Below, piece after piece: positions 1-7,364 of a DNA stretch of 64,000 bases. A model generated the notes under the pieces. That model was not told the DNA's origin and searched no databases. It saw only the letters and a program-made list of their open reading frames with translations. Source of the DNA: a virus. The number at the start of each line of letters is the position of its first letter. The first letter of the stretch is position 1. The stretch is taken from positions 9,823-73,822 of IMG/VR virus record IMGVR_UViG_2574180442_000002. One strand, 5' to 3'. Position numbers and translations under genes: made by a program.

Positions 1-187
1 CGAGGATGTTCACCTGCACCCAGTCGGAGAACTCCTTCGGCGTGCCGGTGTGTTTGATGCGCAGCAGCTCGGAGCGGGTCGTTTTCTTCGATAAGCCGAG
101 CATCGCGGCGGCTTCGCTGGCGCCGTGGTGGGTCAGGCGGAATGCTTGCCATTCCGGGCTGCCCTGGACAAGTTCGTGGATTTTCAT
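1..187 (-). CDS. YqaJ-like viral recombinase/exonuclease, N-terminal part (runs off window)
   Basis: Manual translation from ATG at 187: MKIHELVQGSPEWQAFRLTHHGASEAAAMLGLSKKTTRSELL, the QGS.EW..R...GASE.A..LG motif of YqaJ/lambda-exonuclease proteins. Start overlaps stop of the upstream gene. Confidence 0.8.
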   Translation of the reverse strand, partial: MKIHELVQGSPEWQAFRLTHHGASEAAAMLGLSKKTTRSELLRIKHTGTPKEFSDWVQVNIL

Positions 188-1317
188 TGCTGCGCACCCC
201 CTTCAGTCGCCCACGACGCGATTTCCATCTTCTGGTCGTCGGTGAGCAGTTCCTTGGTCTGAATCATTGCGATCAGGTCGTTCACCGACTTGCCGCCCTC
301 GATGGCCTTGCGCCACCCGGCTTTCTTCTTCTCGAAGGCTTCATCGCTGCACGTCGGCAGCGAGCTGCCCTTAGAGCCGTTGCCGGCGCCAGCCCCGCCG
401 CCGGCATTGCCCGTGCCGCCGTTCTTGCCGGCCTGCTGTTCGGCCTTGTTCTCCATGACGCTCTTCCACGAGGATTCGCCGTCGCGGATGGCGCCATAGA
501 TGCCGCGCAAATTGACCAGCTCGGCGGGCGAGCAGGTGTCCAGCGTGTGGCCCAGGTATTCGGTCAGGTCGGCGGCCTTGACGCCGATTTCGCCGAAGGC
601 ATCGGCGATGCGCTTGCGCTCGGTGTCGGGGTCGCGCGCGGCTTCGTCAAGGCGGATGGCTTTGATGATGGCCTCGGCCTCGTCCTGCAAGTCGCCGGGG
701 ATGATGCGCAGGCCCAGGGTGCGAATGGCCTTGGAAATCTGCGCGGCGCGCTTGTTCAGCAGGTCGTCGTCGGTGGCGGGCACCGTATAGACGTTGCGGT
801 TGTAGCTGTTCTTGCGAACGCTGATGTAGGTGCCGTCGTCGGACGGCTTCGACCGCTCCACCGTCTTCGTGACACGCACGTCCAGCGGGTAGGTCAAGTT
901 CGATTCCAGGTCGGTGACGCTGACGCGGTGGATTTCCTTGCCCTCGTCCTCGAAGATCATGCTGGTTTCGACCAGCACGTTCGTCATGCAGCGCAAGGCC
1001 ACCTCGACAAAGCGAATGCCCAGGCCCTCCACGCCGTCGCCGATGGGCTTGCGGTAGTAGGCGGACTTGTTGTTGGCGAAGCTGGGGCGCTTGCACTCCT
1101 TGAGCAAGTCCTGGCGCACCTGATCCCACTGGCGCGGGCGGCGCAGCGCCATCACGTAGCGGGCCTCGACAACGGCCTTGGCCTGGGCGGCCACGTAGGC
1201 CGATGCGGTTTCCTGGGCGGCCACGTAGGCCGATGCGGTTTCCTGGGCGGCCAGGGTCGAGCTGGTGCCGCCGAAGTCCTGGCGCACGGCCAGGGCCTGA
1301 TTCACGGGGTAGTTCAT
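184..1317 (-). CDS. Putative single-strand annealing/recombination protein (partner of YqaJ exonuclease)
   Basis: ORF 184..1554; likely start MNYPVNQ at 1317 after GGAGAACCCCT. Directly upstream of YqaJ gene, typical exo/SSAP pairing; function inferred from context. Confidence 0.55.
   Translation of the reverse strand: MNYPVNQALAVRQDFGGTSSTLAAQETASAYVAAQETASAYVAAQAKAVVEARYVMALRRPRQWDQVRQDLLKECKRPSFANNKSAYYRKPIGDGVEGLGIRFVEVALRCMTNVLVETSMIFEDEGKEIHRVSVTDLESNLTYPLDVRVTKTVERSKPSDDGTYISVRKNSYNRNVYTVPATDDDLLNKRAAQISKAIRTLGLRIIPGDLQDEAEAIIKAIRLDEAARDPDTERKRIADAFGEIGVKAADLTEYLGHTLDTCSPAELVNLRGIYGAIRDGESSWKSVMENKAEQQAGKNGGTGNAGGGAGAGNGSKGSSLPTCSDEAFEKKKAGWRKAIEGGKSVNDLIAMIQTKELLTDDQKMEIASWATEGGAQQ
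1182..1253. repeat. In-frame 30-bp tandem repeat, 2.4 copies (AAQETASAYV)
   Basis: cctgggcggccacgtaggccgatgcggttt at 1182-1211 and 1212-1241, partial copy 1242-1253. Confidence 0.95.
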
Positions 1318-1343
1318 GAGAGGGGTTCTCCGGTAGGTTTCGA

Positions 1344-1739
1344 TCAGTCGGCCTCGCAGCGGCGGCAGCCGCGCCCACGGCACCGGCGGCACGCGCTGTC
1401 CGCTTCGGCGTCGATCTGGCGCTCCGCTTCCTTGCGGGCAATGGGTTCCCAGTAGCCGCGCGCCAAGCGCGCCAGCGCCTCGCCAGCCGCCGCCGTGTCG
1501 CCCTCGGCCAGAAGGCGGCAAAGCGGCTCGATCTGCGGGTCGCCCGTTTCGCAAAGGGCTTCGCAGAGGTTGGCGGGGTTGAAGGGCGTGAAGCCGGGCG
1601 CGGTCAGCAGCTCGGCGGCGCGTTCGTCGATGGCCGTGTCGCGGCCTTCGTCGTCGGGTGCCCTGGGGTCGTTGGGGTGGCCGGTGTAGGCCGGCCAGGT
1701 GGCCTCGTCGCCGGGGCCTGGGAGCGTGGCGAGGTTCAT
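1344..1739 (-). CDS. Hypothetical phage protein with C-terminal CxxCxxxxCxxC motif
   Basis: Start MNLATLPG at 1739 overlapping upstream stop; ends CRRCRGRGCRRCEAD. Confidence 0.6.
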   Translation of the reverse strand: MNLATLPGPGDEATWPAYTGHPNDPRAPDDEGRDTAIDERAAELLTAPGFTPFNPANLCEALCETGDPQIEPLCRLLAEGDTAAAGEALARLARGYWEPIARKEAERQIDAEADSACRRCRGRGCRRCEAD

Positions 1740-1843
1740 AGCGTCACCCCGGCCAGTTCCCAGGCCCGGCGGATGCCGTAGCCGCGTGCGCGGTAGTAGC
1801 GGTAGGCGGCGAGGCGCTTCTTCAGGCGTTTGAGGGCCTTCAT
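1736..1843 (-). CDS. Small basic (Arg/Lys-rich) hypothetical peptide, 35 aa
   Basis: MKALKRLKKRLAAYRYYRARGYGIRRAWELAGVTL; ATGA overlaps with both neighbours. Confidence 0.5.
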   Translation of the reverse strand: MKALKRLKKRLAAYRYYRARGYGIRRAWELAGVTL

Positions 1844-2043
1844 TCGCGCATCGCCTCCACGCTGACCTTGCAAAACCCGAAGCGGTCGAGTGCATCCATG
1901 ACCGCTCCGCAGGTGCTCTTGAACAGGGCGGTGTAGCTGTGCTGCTCGCCCGTCGCCGTTCTCACGCTGACCCGGCACTTGATGAGCCGGGCCGGCCGCG
2001 CGGCAGGCATGGCCGCCGCGCAGGCAGTTGTCGATGCGCTCAT
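1840..2043 (-). CDS. Hypothetical phage protein
   Basis: Start MSASTTAC at 2043 with GAAAGGAG Shine-Dalgarno; translationally coupled to next gene. Confidence 0.6.
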   Translation of the reverse strand: MSASTTACAAAMPAARPARLIKCRVSVRTATGEQHSYTALFKSTCGAVMDALDRFGFCKVSVEAMRE

Positions 2044-2067
2044 GGATGCGCTCCTTTCAGCAGGGGG

Positions 2068-2125
2068 AAATCGAAAGCGCCCCTGACGGGGCGCTTGGGG
2101 CGGCCCGCTCGGCGGGCCTGCCCCT
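2068..2125 (-). other. Two GC-rich hairpins downstream of the CLec-like gene (terminator or DGR-type cruciform)
   Basis: On - strand: ggggc[a]ggcccgc-cga-gcgggccgcccc then aagcgcccc-gtca-ggggcgctt. Confidence 0.6.
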
Positions 2126-2150
2126 GACATGACACAGGTCACAAAAGGCA

Positions 2151-3128
2151 CTACACCTTTGCGAGACGGCCGCCGATGTTGGAGCTCGAGACCCCCGCGT
2201 CGCTGCCGACGTTGAGGTGGAAGAGGCCGGCGTCCCGGCCGTTGCCCCAAAGGCCGCCGTGGCAGGCTACGGCGTTCGGGTAGCTCCAGAAGTAGTCGCC
2301 GAAGGCCGATTCGTCGCGGTCGTCGCGCGTCGTGGCGGGCAGGAACACCGCGCCCAGGTCGAAACCGGCGTCGCGGTCGGTGGCGCGGCGGCGGAACCAG
2401 CCATCGCCCGGCGCCTCGACATCAGTTTCCACGTAGGTCTGGCTGCCGTCGGTGGCCCAGATGCGGTATTCGATGTCGGCATTGGTCTGCAAGCCATCGA
2501 CCATCTGCCAGACGTTGCCCCACAGTCCGGTGATGCCGCGCCATGTGGCTTGAACGACCAGTTCATCATCGACAGGCTGGACGCCGCCGCCATCGACGTG
2601 CCCGCGCCCGATTGCGGCCTGGGCGTCGGGCGTACCCATTTCGATCAGGGCCAGCATTTGGATGGCCGCGAGCTGGTAGATGCTCCAGAGCATCCAGCCC
2701 TCGCCGCACGCGGCGGCGCGCGCCTGCATGGTCGGGAAGTTGATGGAGGTCAACGGCTTCAGGCCGGGCTGGCTGCCCAGCTTGTCGTCGCCGTCCGGCG
2801 TGCCCTGGAATTTCCCGACGTGGAACTGGGCCAGCTCGGCGCCGTGGTGACGGAACGCGGGGTGCAGCTCGAAGCCGGGCGCGGGTTCGGGGCTGACCCA
2901 CAGCGCCTTCTTACCCGCGTGCTCGCCGGCGGGCACGGCGCCGGAGCGGTAGTAGAAGGCCGGCACGCGCACCAGGTGCTGGCCGTCGATCACCTCGTCG
3001 GCGATGCCGGCGTAGGTCGGGTGGGCGTCGAAGTCGCCGGCGGCCGGCGCGATGCTATTGCCCTCGGCGTCGATGCGCTGCCAGTTGCCCAGCGCCTTGC
3101 CGATGATGATGCCGATGATGTTGCTCAT
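2151..3128 (-). CDS. C-type-lectin fold (FGE-sulfatase/Mtd-like) protein with DGR-style variable C-terminus
   Basis: Motifs LHPAF, VGKFQG, GITGLWGNVWQMVDG and terminal HGGLWGNGRDAGLFHLNVGSDAGVSSSNIGGRLAKV parallel the DGR target at 60914-62014 (VHPAF, IGAYQG, GISDLCGNIWEW, RGGSW...IGGRPAFV). Confidence 0.85.
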   Translation of the reverse strand: MSNIIGIIIGKALGNWQRIDAEGNSIAPAAGDFDAHPTYAGIADEVIDGQHLVRVPAFYYRSGAVPAGEHAGKKALWVSPEPAPGFELHPAFRHHGAELAQFHVGKFQGTPDGDDKLGSQPGLKPLTSINFPTMQARAAACGEGWMLWSIYQLAAIQMLALIEMGTPDAQAAIGRGHVDGGGVQPVDDELVVQATWRGITGLWGNVWQMVDGLQTNADIEYRIWATDGSQTYVETDVEAPGDGWFRRRATDRDAGFDLGAVFLPATTRDDRDESAFGDYFWSYPNAVACHGGLWGNGRDAGLFHLNVGSDAGVSSSNIGGRLAKV

Positions 3129-3163
3129 GAGGGTTCCTTTGTGGTTTGAGGTTTGCTGCTTGG

Positions 3164-3352
3164 TCAGGAAATGGGCGTTGGGCTGCCCTTGTCCTTTTTG
3201 TCGGCCAGGACGATGCGACCGCAGGTAACGGCCAGCACGCCCACGCCGGGGTTTGCTTCCATGTGCGCGTTCGCCGCGCGCGTTCCTTCATCGGTGTCAG
3301 GAAATTCCGCGACCACGATGAACGACCGCCCCATCAGAATGTGTCGTTTCAT
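3164..3352 (-). CDS. Hypothetical phage protein
   Basis: Start MKRHILMG at 3352 after AGGAG; in leftward operon. Confidence 0.5.
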   Translation of the reverse strand: MKRHILMGRSFIVVAEFPDTDEGTRAANAHMEANPGVGVLAVTCGRIVLADKKDKGSPTPIS

Positions 3353-3354
3353 GG

Positions 3355-3600
3355 CTACTCCTGGCCGTGGCCGAAGTAGCCGGATGCAAATGGGTGGCCT
3401 GCCGCATCCATGTCCCGGTCGTAGCCGTCGTCCTGGGTGCAGCAGGCCTTGTGGGCCGCATGCTGGCCGGTGCGCTTCTCTTGCTTGATGGCCTTGCAGG
3501 ACTTCGAGCAAAAGCGCGCCCAGCCACGTTTCACGTCGGCCGTTCTGGCCTCGAAGGTGCCGCCGCAGTTTTCACAACGGCGTTGGGTCATGCTGGGCAT
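3355..3600 (-). CDS. Small zinc-finger phage protein
   Basis: Start MPSMTQRR at 3600 after AAGGAGG; CxxC...FCSKSC motif. Confidence 0.7.
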   Translation of the reverse strand: MPSMTQRRCENCGGTFEARTADVKRGWARFCSKSCKAIKQEKRTGQHAAHKACCTQDDGYDRDMDAAGHPFASGYFGHGQE

Positions 3601-3839
3601 GGGGCCTCCTTGGGTGTTGGGTGCTTCGTTCCCGATGCGCTCGGGCGGGCGGTGCCGGGATTCCAACCGGCTGTAACCGTTGCTGCTCTTGGCCGTCTGC
3701 GCCTCACTCTCTTGCCCCGTGTACCGACTTTGCGGACTGGGAACGGCAGAGACACCGCGCACCGACCAGCCATGCCCAGGCGGTGCCATTTGTGCCGGAC
3801 GAACACCCACAGGAGGGTGAGCAACATCGGCGGATTCGT

Positions 3840-3851
3840 TGTTAAAGAGCG
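3840..3851 (-). promoter_or_regulatory. boxA antitermination element in PL leader
   Basis: CGCTCTTTAACA on - strand about 50 nt downstream of PL; matches lambda nut / rrn boxA consensus. Confidence 0.7.
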
Positions 3852-3898
3852 GGTGCGTTGCCGGGGGTTGCCCGCCGTTGCGCGTGTTGATGGAGTGC

Positions 3899-3943
3899 AT
3901 TACACCAAATGGTGAAGTTACTGTCAACACCATTTGGTGTAAT
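3899..3943 (-). promoter_or_regulatory. Leftward early promoter PL overlapped by two repressor operators (OL)
   Basis: - strand TTGACA(3927-3922)-N17-TGTAAT(3904-3899). Operators tacacc-aaat-ggtgaa (3901-3916) and aacacc-attt-ggtgta (3926-3941); 16-bp inverted repeat 3899-3914/3928-3943. Confidence 0.85.
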
Positions 3944-3950
3944 TCGGGCA

Positions 3951-3979
3951 AAATAAAAGCCCGGCGACATGCCGGGCTT
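3951..3979 (-). terminator. Rho-independent terminator ending the cI/accessory operon
   Basis: - strand aagcccggc-atgtc-gccgggctt followed by ttattttg. Confidence 0.8.
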
Positions 3980-3992
3980 GCGGAGATGGACG

Positions 3993-4439
3993 ATGGGGAA
4001 CTGGTGGTGGGCGTGGTTCGCGGTGGCCGTGGGCCTGAACCTGGGGGCGGCGGCCTGGAATGTCTTGGCGGCTCGCCGTCACTTGCGCGCGGTAACGGCA
4101 CAGGGGGCGGGGAAGCCGCCCGCAGAGGTGGCGGTCGGCGATCAGGCGACAAAGAATGGGGGGGGCGAGTGGTTGTGGGGGGCGTGGGAAGAAGCAAGGA
4201 AACGCGATCAGGCGGTGCTAGACGATCTGCGCGCCCGCACCGAAGCTATCACGAAGGAAGGCGCTGCCGCAGTTCTTCGAGAAGCGCGTTCGCAGTTGGC
4301 AAAAGAGATTGAACCTCTGCTTCTGACCATTCAGAAAAGAGCGCAAAGCCTTCAATGTCTTCACACCGACTCAGGAGGCGTGCAAGAGCTACTTGAGGAT
4401 GTTCGGCTTCTGTCAGAAGCGATAGACAGAACGCCTTGA
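3993..4439 (+). CDS. Hypothetical membrane-anchored coiled-coil protein
   Basis: MGNWWWAWFAVAVGLNLGAAAW N-terminal TM segment, GGAG SD; overlaps a - strand ORF by about 190 bp and has no evident promoter. Confidence 0.4.
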   Translation: MGNWWWAWFAVAVGLNLGAAAWNVLAARRHLRAVTAQGAGKPPAEVAVGDQATKNGGGEWLWGAWEEARKRDQAVLDDLRARTEAITKEGAAAVLREARSQLAKEIEPLLLTIQKRAQSLQCLHTDSGGVQELLEDVRLLSEAIDRTP

Positions 4440-4539
4440 GTAGCGCGTTCTCACGCTGGAAGGTAGTGATGGTCGATTCATATTCGGCGCGCATCTCTGC
4501 TTGTAGTTGTCGCAGGATGTCCGCGATTTGCTCATTCAT
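4249..4539 (-). CDS. Hypothetical helical protein in cI operon
   Basis: Start MNEQIADIL at 4539, 20 nt downstream of the preceding - strand gene; coiled-coil-like. Confidence 0.5.
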   Translation of the reverse strand: MNEQIADILRQLQAEMRAEYESTITTFQRENALLKAFCLSLLTEAEHPQVALARLLSRCEDIEGFALFSEWSEAEVQSLLPTANALLEELRQRLPS

Positions 4540-4558
4540 GTCTGTCCACCCATGCGCC

Positions 4559-5413
4559 TCATGCAGCCGACACCTGAGCCAGCTCAACGCGGTGCAGGAC
4601 GATGGAGCGCATTTCTTCTTCCCATTCGGGGACAAGGCGCGTGCGCAATACCTTTGCCCATTCGCTCGCATCCCAATCGGTGGCAAGGTCTTCAACGTCC
4701 ACCATCGGCAGCAGCAACACCACTTGCTCGTCGTCGTCCAGCTCGGCGACGGCCTGGAAGATCATTTGGTCGAGTTGCAGCATCGTGGCGTCGTACAGGC
4801 CGTGCTCGCTGCCTTCTTGCAGAAGAAGGGCCAGGAACGCGAGACCGTTTTCAATGCCCTCGCGCGGTTCTGGCGGCGGCGCGGCGCGGAAATGCGCGAT
4901 CACCTTGTCGCACACGCGACGCTTCAGCTCCGCCCGGTCGAACTGGAGCCATGTGCGAGCAGCCGAACCCAGCAAGCGCAGACGATTGAAAAGCTCGTCG
5001 TTGAGGGTTTGTAAATCTCGATCCCCCTCTTCATCATCGCTGACGGTTCCGGCCGGGAGATGCAGATCGTCCCGGCGACTCATGATGAACCGGGTGTTGT
5101 AGGGCGGCTCATCCGGGGTGGCTTCGGCTACCACGACCTCGAAGGCTAGGCGCGGCGCGTCCGGGCCGGCGCCCAGCAGCAGGTACATCACGTCATGGTT
5201 GCGAACGTCGAACCAGTCGGGATGACCCGACGGCTCTTCCGGGGAAACAAAAAAGCAGAATAAATTGTCTTGGGTTATGGTGCCTTTGTTGGCTTGCAGC
5301 GCATATCCATTGCCAACAAATGTGTATTCGGATTTGTTTTTCTTCGTTTTCCTGAATACTTGGCAGCTAAAGCACTCATCGTGGTCATAAATATTTTCTG
5401 GCATAGAAAGCAT
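4559..5413 (-). CDS. Accessory protein: N-terminal domain paralogous to the virion gene at 22287-22817, plus C-terminal helical domain
   Basis: Shares PEEPSGHPDWFDVRNHDVMYLLLG and flanking motifs with 22287-22817; 47 bp identical (5172-5218 rc = 22617-22663). Start at 5413 (AAGGTG SD) or 5404. Confidence 0.85.
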   Translation of the reverse strand: MLSMPENIYDHDECFSCQVFRKTKKNKSEYTFVGNGYALQANKGTITQDNLFCFFVSPEEPSGHPDWFDVRNHDVMYLLLGAGPDAPRLAFEVVVAEATPDEPPYNTRFIMSRRDDLHLPAGTVSDDEEGDRDLQTLNDELFNRLRLLGSAARTWLQFDRAELKRRVCDKVIAHFRAAPPPEPREGIENGLAFLALLLQEGSEHGLYDATMLQLDQMIFQAVAELDDDEQVVLLLPMVDVEDLATDWDASEWAKVLRTRLVPEWEEEMRSIVLHRVELAQVSAA

Positions 5414-5423
5414 CAATTTCACC

Positions 5424-6323
5424 TTACTGCCAGAATACGAGATAGACCGCTTCAAATACCGGAGCTAATTTTTCCTGTCCGGCAACCGTCTTATATTTCG
5501 TGTTCGAGATGTAGCGCCCAACAAGATCGAACCCGCCTTCTATCTTTGCGCCATCGAAGTAGTATTTCTGCAATTGATCTGGAATAATCACAGCGAAATA
5601 GTCAGTGCTTTCGCCCATTCCGCGCGAACGGCGCAGGGCATTGGCAAGCAACTCATTGTCCTGTGAAGACGAAAGGGCTGCGAGGAATTCCGGCTTATCC
5701 CCGGCCATCTTTATTTTGCCATTCATGTAGTACATGGCGCCGTCGGGTCTGATTTTGGGCGCGCTGGCGAGCGATCCGCCGTGCTCGGCGTTGTAAACGA
5801 TGGTCGCTTCTTTCAGGTTGCTCGGCTTGACTTGGCCCGCCTTGAGCGCGGCCACCCTTGCGGCCTCGGCTTGTTGTTGCTCAGCCGCTCGGCGCTCTTC
5901 TTCCTGGCGAACTGTAATTCGCTTTGCTTCGGCTTCCCTTTTTGCCTCTTTGACCTGATCGAAATATTCGCGGTACTGAGATTCGCAACTGGCGTAGCAC
6001 GGCGCATCTAACTTATTGGTACTAGCACGCAAGTCAGAGCAGAACGATTCTATGGTCGGCGTTTTTGCTGGATTGATGTCGTTTAGCAATCTTATTGCCC
6101 ATGAATTCGCCCGTTCTTCTTGTCCTCCGCTGCATGTGTTTCCCGCCTTGAAAAACAACGAGTCCCCGGATTTGCCGTGTGCGATTGGCGCTGGCGCAGA
6201 ATTCCCACTAGCGTTCTTGGTCATTTCATTGATCGCCGCACCCAGTAATTCATCAAGCGGCCCGGCCATTACCGCCGGCGGGGCGAATGCCACGGTCAAC
6301 GCCAAAAAGCGAGTGAATTTCAT
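5424..6323 (-). CDS. Secreted/periplasmic accessory protein (lower GC) downstream of cI
   Basis: Signal-peptide-like N-terminus MKFTRFLALTVAFAPPAVMA; central coiled coil; AT-richer than the phage backbone. Confidence 0.75.
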   Translation of the reverse strand: MKFTRFLALTVAFAPPAVMAGPLDELLGAAINEMTKNASGNSAPAPIAHGKSGDSLFFKAGNTCSGGQEERANSWAIRLLNDINPAKTPTIESFCSDLRASTNKLDAPCYASCESQYREYFDQVKEAKREAEAKRITVRQEEERRAAEQQQAEAARVAALKAGQVKPSNLKEATIVYNAEHGGSLASAPKIRPDGAMYYMNGKIKMAGDKPEFLAALSSSQDNELLANALRRSRGMGESTDYFAVIIPDQLQKYYFDGAKIEGGFDLVGRYISNTKYKTVAGQEKLAPVFEAVYLVFWQ

Positions 6324-6359
6324 GCGATTTCCTTTCCATCAGACCACACAAGCCGCAAC

Positions 6360-6845
6360 CTAGGCTGCGGTTTTCTTTTTTCTCTCGGGCATCCATTCCT
6401 TGATGTCAGCCAGCAACCCGTCGATGAACCGGCTTGCCGTCTGATTCATCCAGGGCGGCGCTGGCTGCGCCACGCCAAGGACAACATCAACAAGAGCTTT
6501 TGTTTCTTCGGTCGCGTGCTCGTAGGCAACCCTGATCCGCTCTGAACCGGTATCAGTCGTACTTTTGAAATCCTGTGACGGCTCCATTGCAGCCAAAGGC
6601 TTAGTGTCATGAGTGGGAGCCTCGTCCCCGCTCTTGGAGCGCTCAACATCAAGCCATCCAGTTGGCTTTTCGGGCGAGAGTTTCTTTTCTATGGCGCGAG
6701 CAACCTTTTCTCCGAAGGATTTTCGACCAGCAAGCATGTCGTTGATTTGGCGGTCGGGCTTCCCGCATTTGCGGGCGACAACCGAGAGGCCCTCTGATTG
6801 GACAAGGCGCTGCAAGTTTTTCCGGCGGGTGTCTGCAATATCCAT
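6360..6845 (-). CDS. cI: CI-like phage repressor (N-terminal HTH, no evident S24 peptidase domain)
   Basis: MDIADTRRKNLQRLV...GRKSFGEKVARAIEKKL...GWLD, typical lambdoid repressor HTH; divergent from cro; putative PRM TTCACC-N17-TGTAAT ends 6 nt before the ATG (leaderless). Confidence 0.85.
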   Translation of the reverse strand: MDIADTRRKNLQRLVQSEGLSVVARKCGKPDRQINDMLAGRKSFGEKVARAIEKKLSPEKPTGWLDVERSKSGDEAPTHDTKPLAAMEPSQDFKSTTDTGSERIRVAYEHATEETKALVDVVLGVAQPAPPWMNQTASRFIDGLLADIKEWMPERKKKTAA

Positions 6846-6851
6846 CTGGAC

Positions 6852-6931
6852 ATTACAGCAGCTTGTAACCATTTGGTGAATTCCCTAAGCGGTGTTTGGT
6901 GTTGAGATTCATACACCGTTTGGTGTATGCT
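6852..6931. promoter_or_regulatory. OR region: three operators, PR (TTGAGA-N18-TATGCT) and PRM
   Basis: gtaacc-attt-ggtgaa (6865-6880), half-site gttt-ggtgtt (6894-6903), perfect catacacc-gttt-ggtgtatg (6910-6929); right halves spaced 23-24 bp; same core as OL. Confidence 0.85.
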
Positions 6932-6938
6932 GCGCGGC

Positions 6939-7190
6939 ATGGAACTGAAAAACTTCATCAAGACCTTGACGGCAGAAGAACGGGAGGGGTTCGCGTCGAG
7001 ATGCGGCACCACCTACGCCTTCCTACGGAATGTCGTCTACGGCCACAGGCGCGCAGGCGAAAGCCTCTGTATCAACATCGAGCGCGAATCCGCTGGTTCC
7101 GTGACGTGCGAAGAGTTGCGCCCTGACGTGGATTGGGCGTACCTGCGCGGCACCAGTTCGGCCACCACCAAGGAGATGCCCCATGCCTGA
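6939..7190 (+). CDS. cro: Cro/YdaS-like HTH regulator
   Basis: MELKNFIKTL...CGTTYAFLRNVVYGHRR...IERESAGSVTCEELRPDVDWAYLRG, YdaS/Cro pattern; divergent from cI. Confidence 0.85.
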   Translation: MELKNFIKTLTAEEREGFASRCGTTYAFLRNVVYGHRRAGESLCINIERESAGSVTCEELRPDVDWAYLRGTSSATTKEMPHA

Positions 7191-7364
7191 AGCCAAGGTA
7201 GCCGTCGGCACGCCCACCGAAGACGCGCAGCAGCGCGTCGGCGTTCCGGCCGTTTCGCCAGAGTCCGCTCATTCCCAGCCCGACGGTCTGTCCGGCGAGC
7301 CAGAGGGGTGGGCGCCCGCACTGATTCAGATCGGGCCTCTCGATGTCTAAACCCTGGGCCGCGT

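Noticed and set aside
2151-2260. VR-like segment as a direct target of the TR at 62775-62889
   Set aside because: About 25 mismatches at non-adenine positions in 99 nt; incompatible with copying from this TR. Kept as a non-cognate target finding.
3650-3680. tRNA T-arm-like sequence (ccggttggaatcccgg on - strand)
   Set aside because: TTGGAAT rather than TTCRAAT, and no acceptor, D or anticodon arms can be built.
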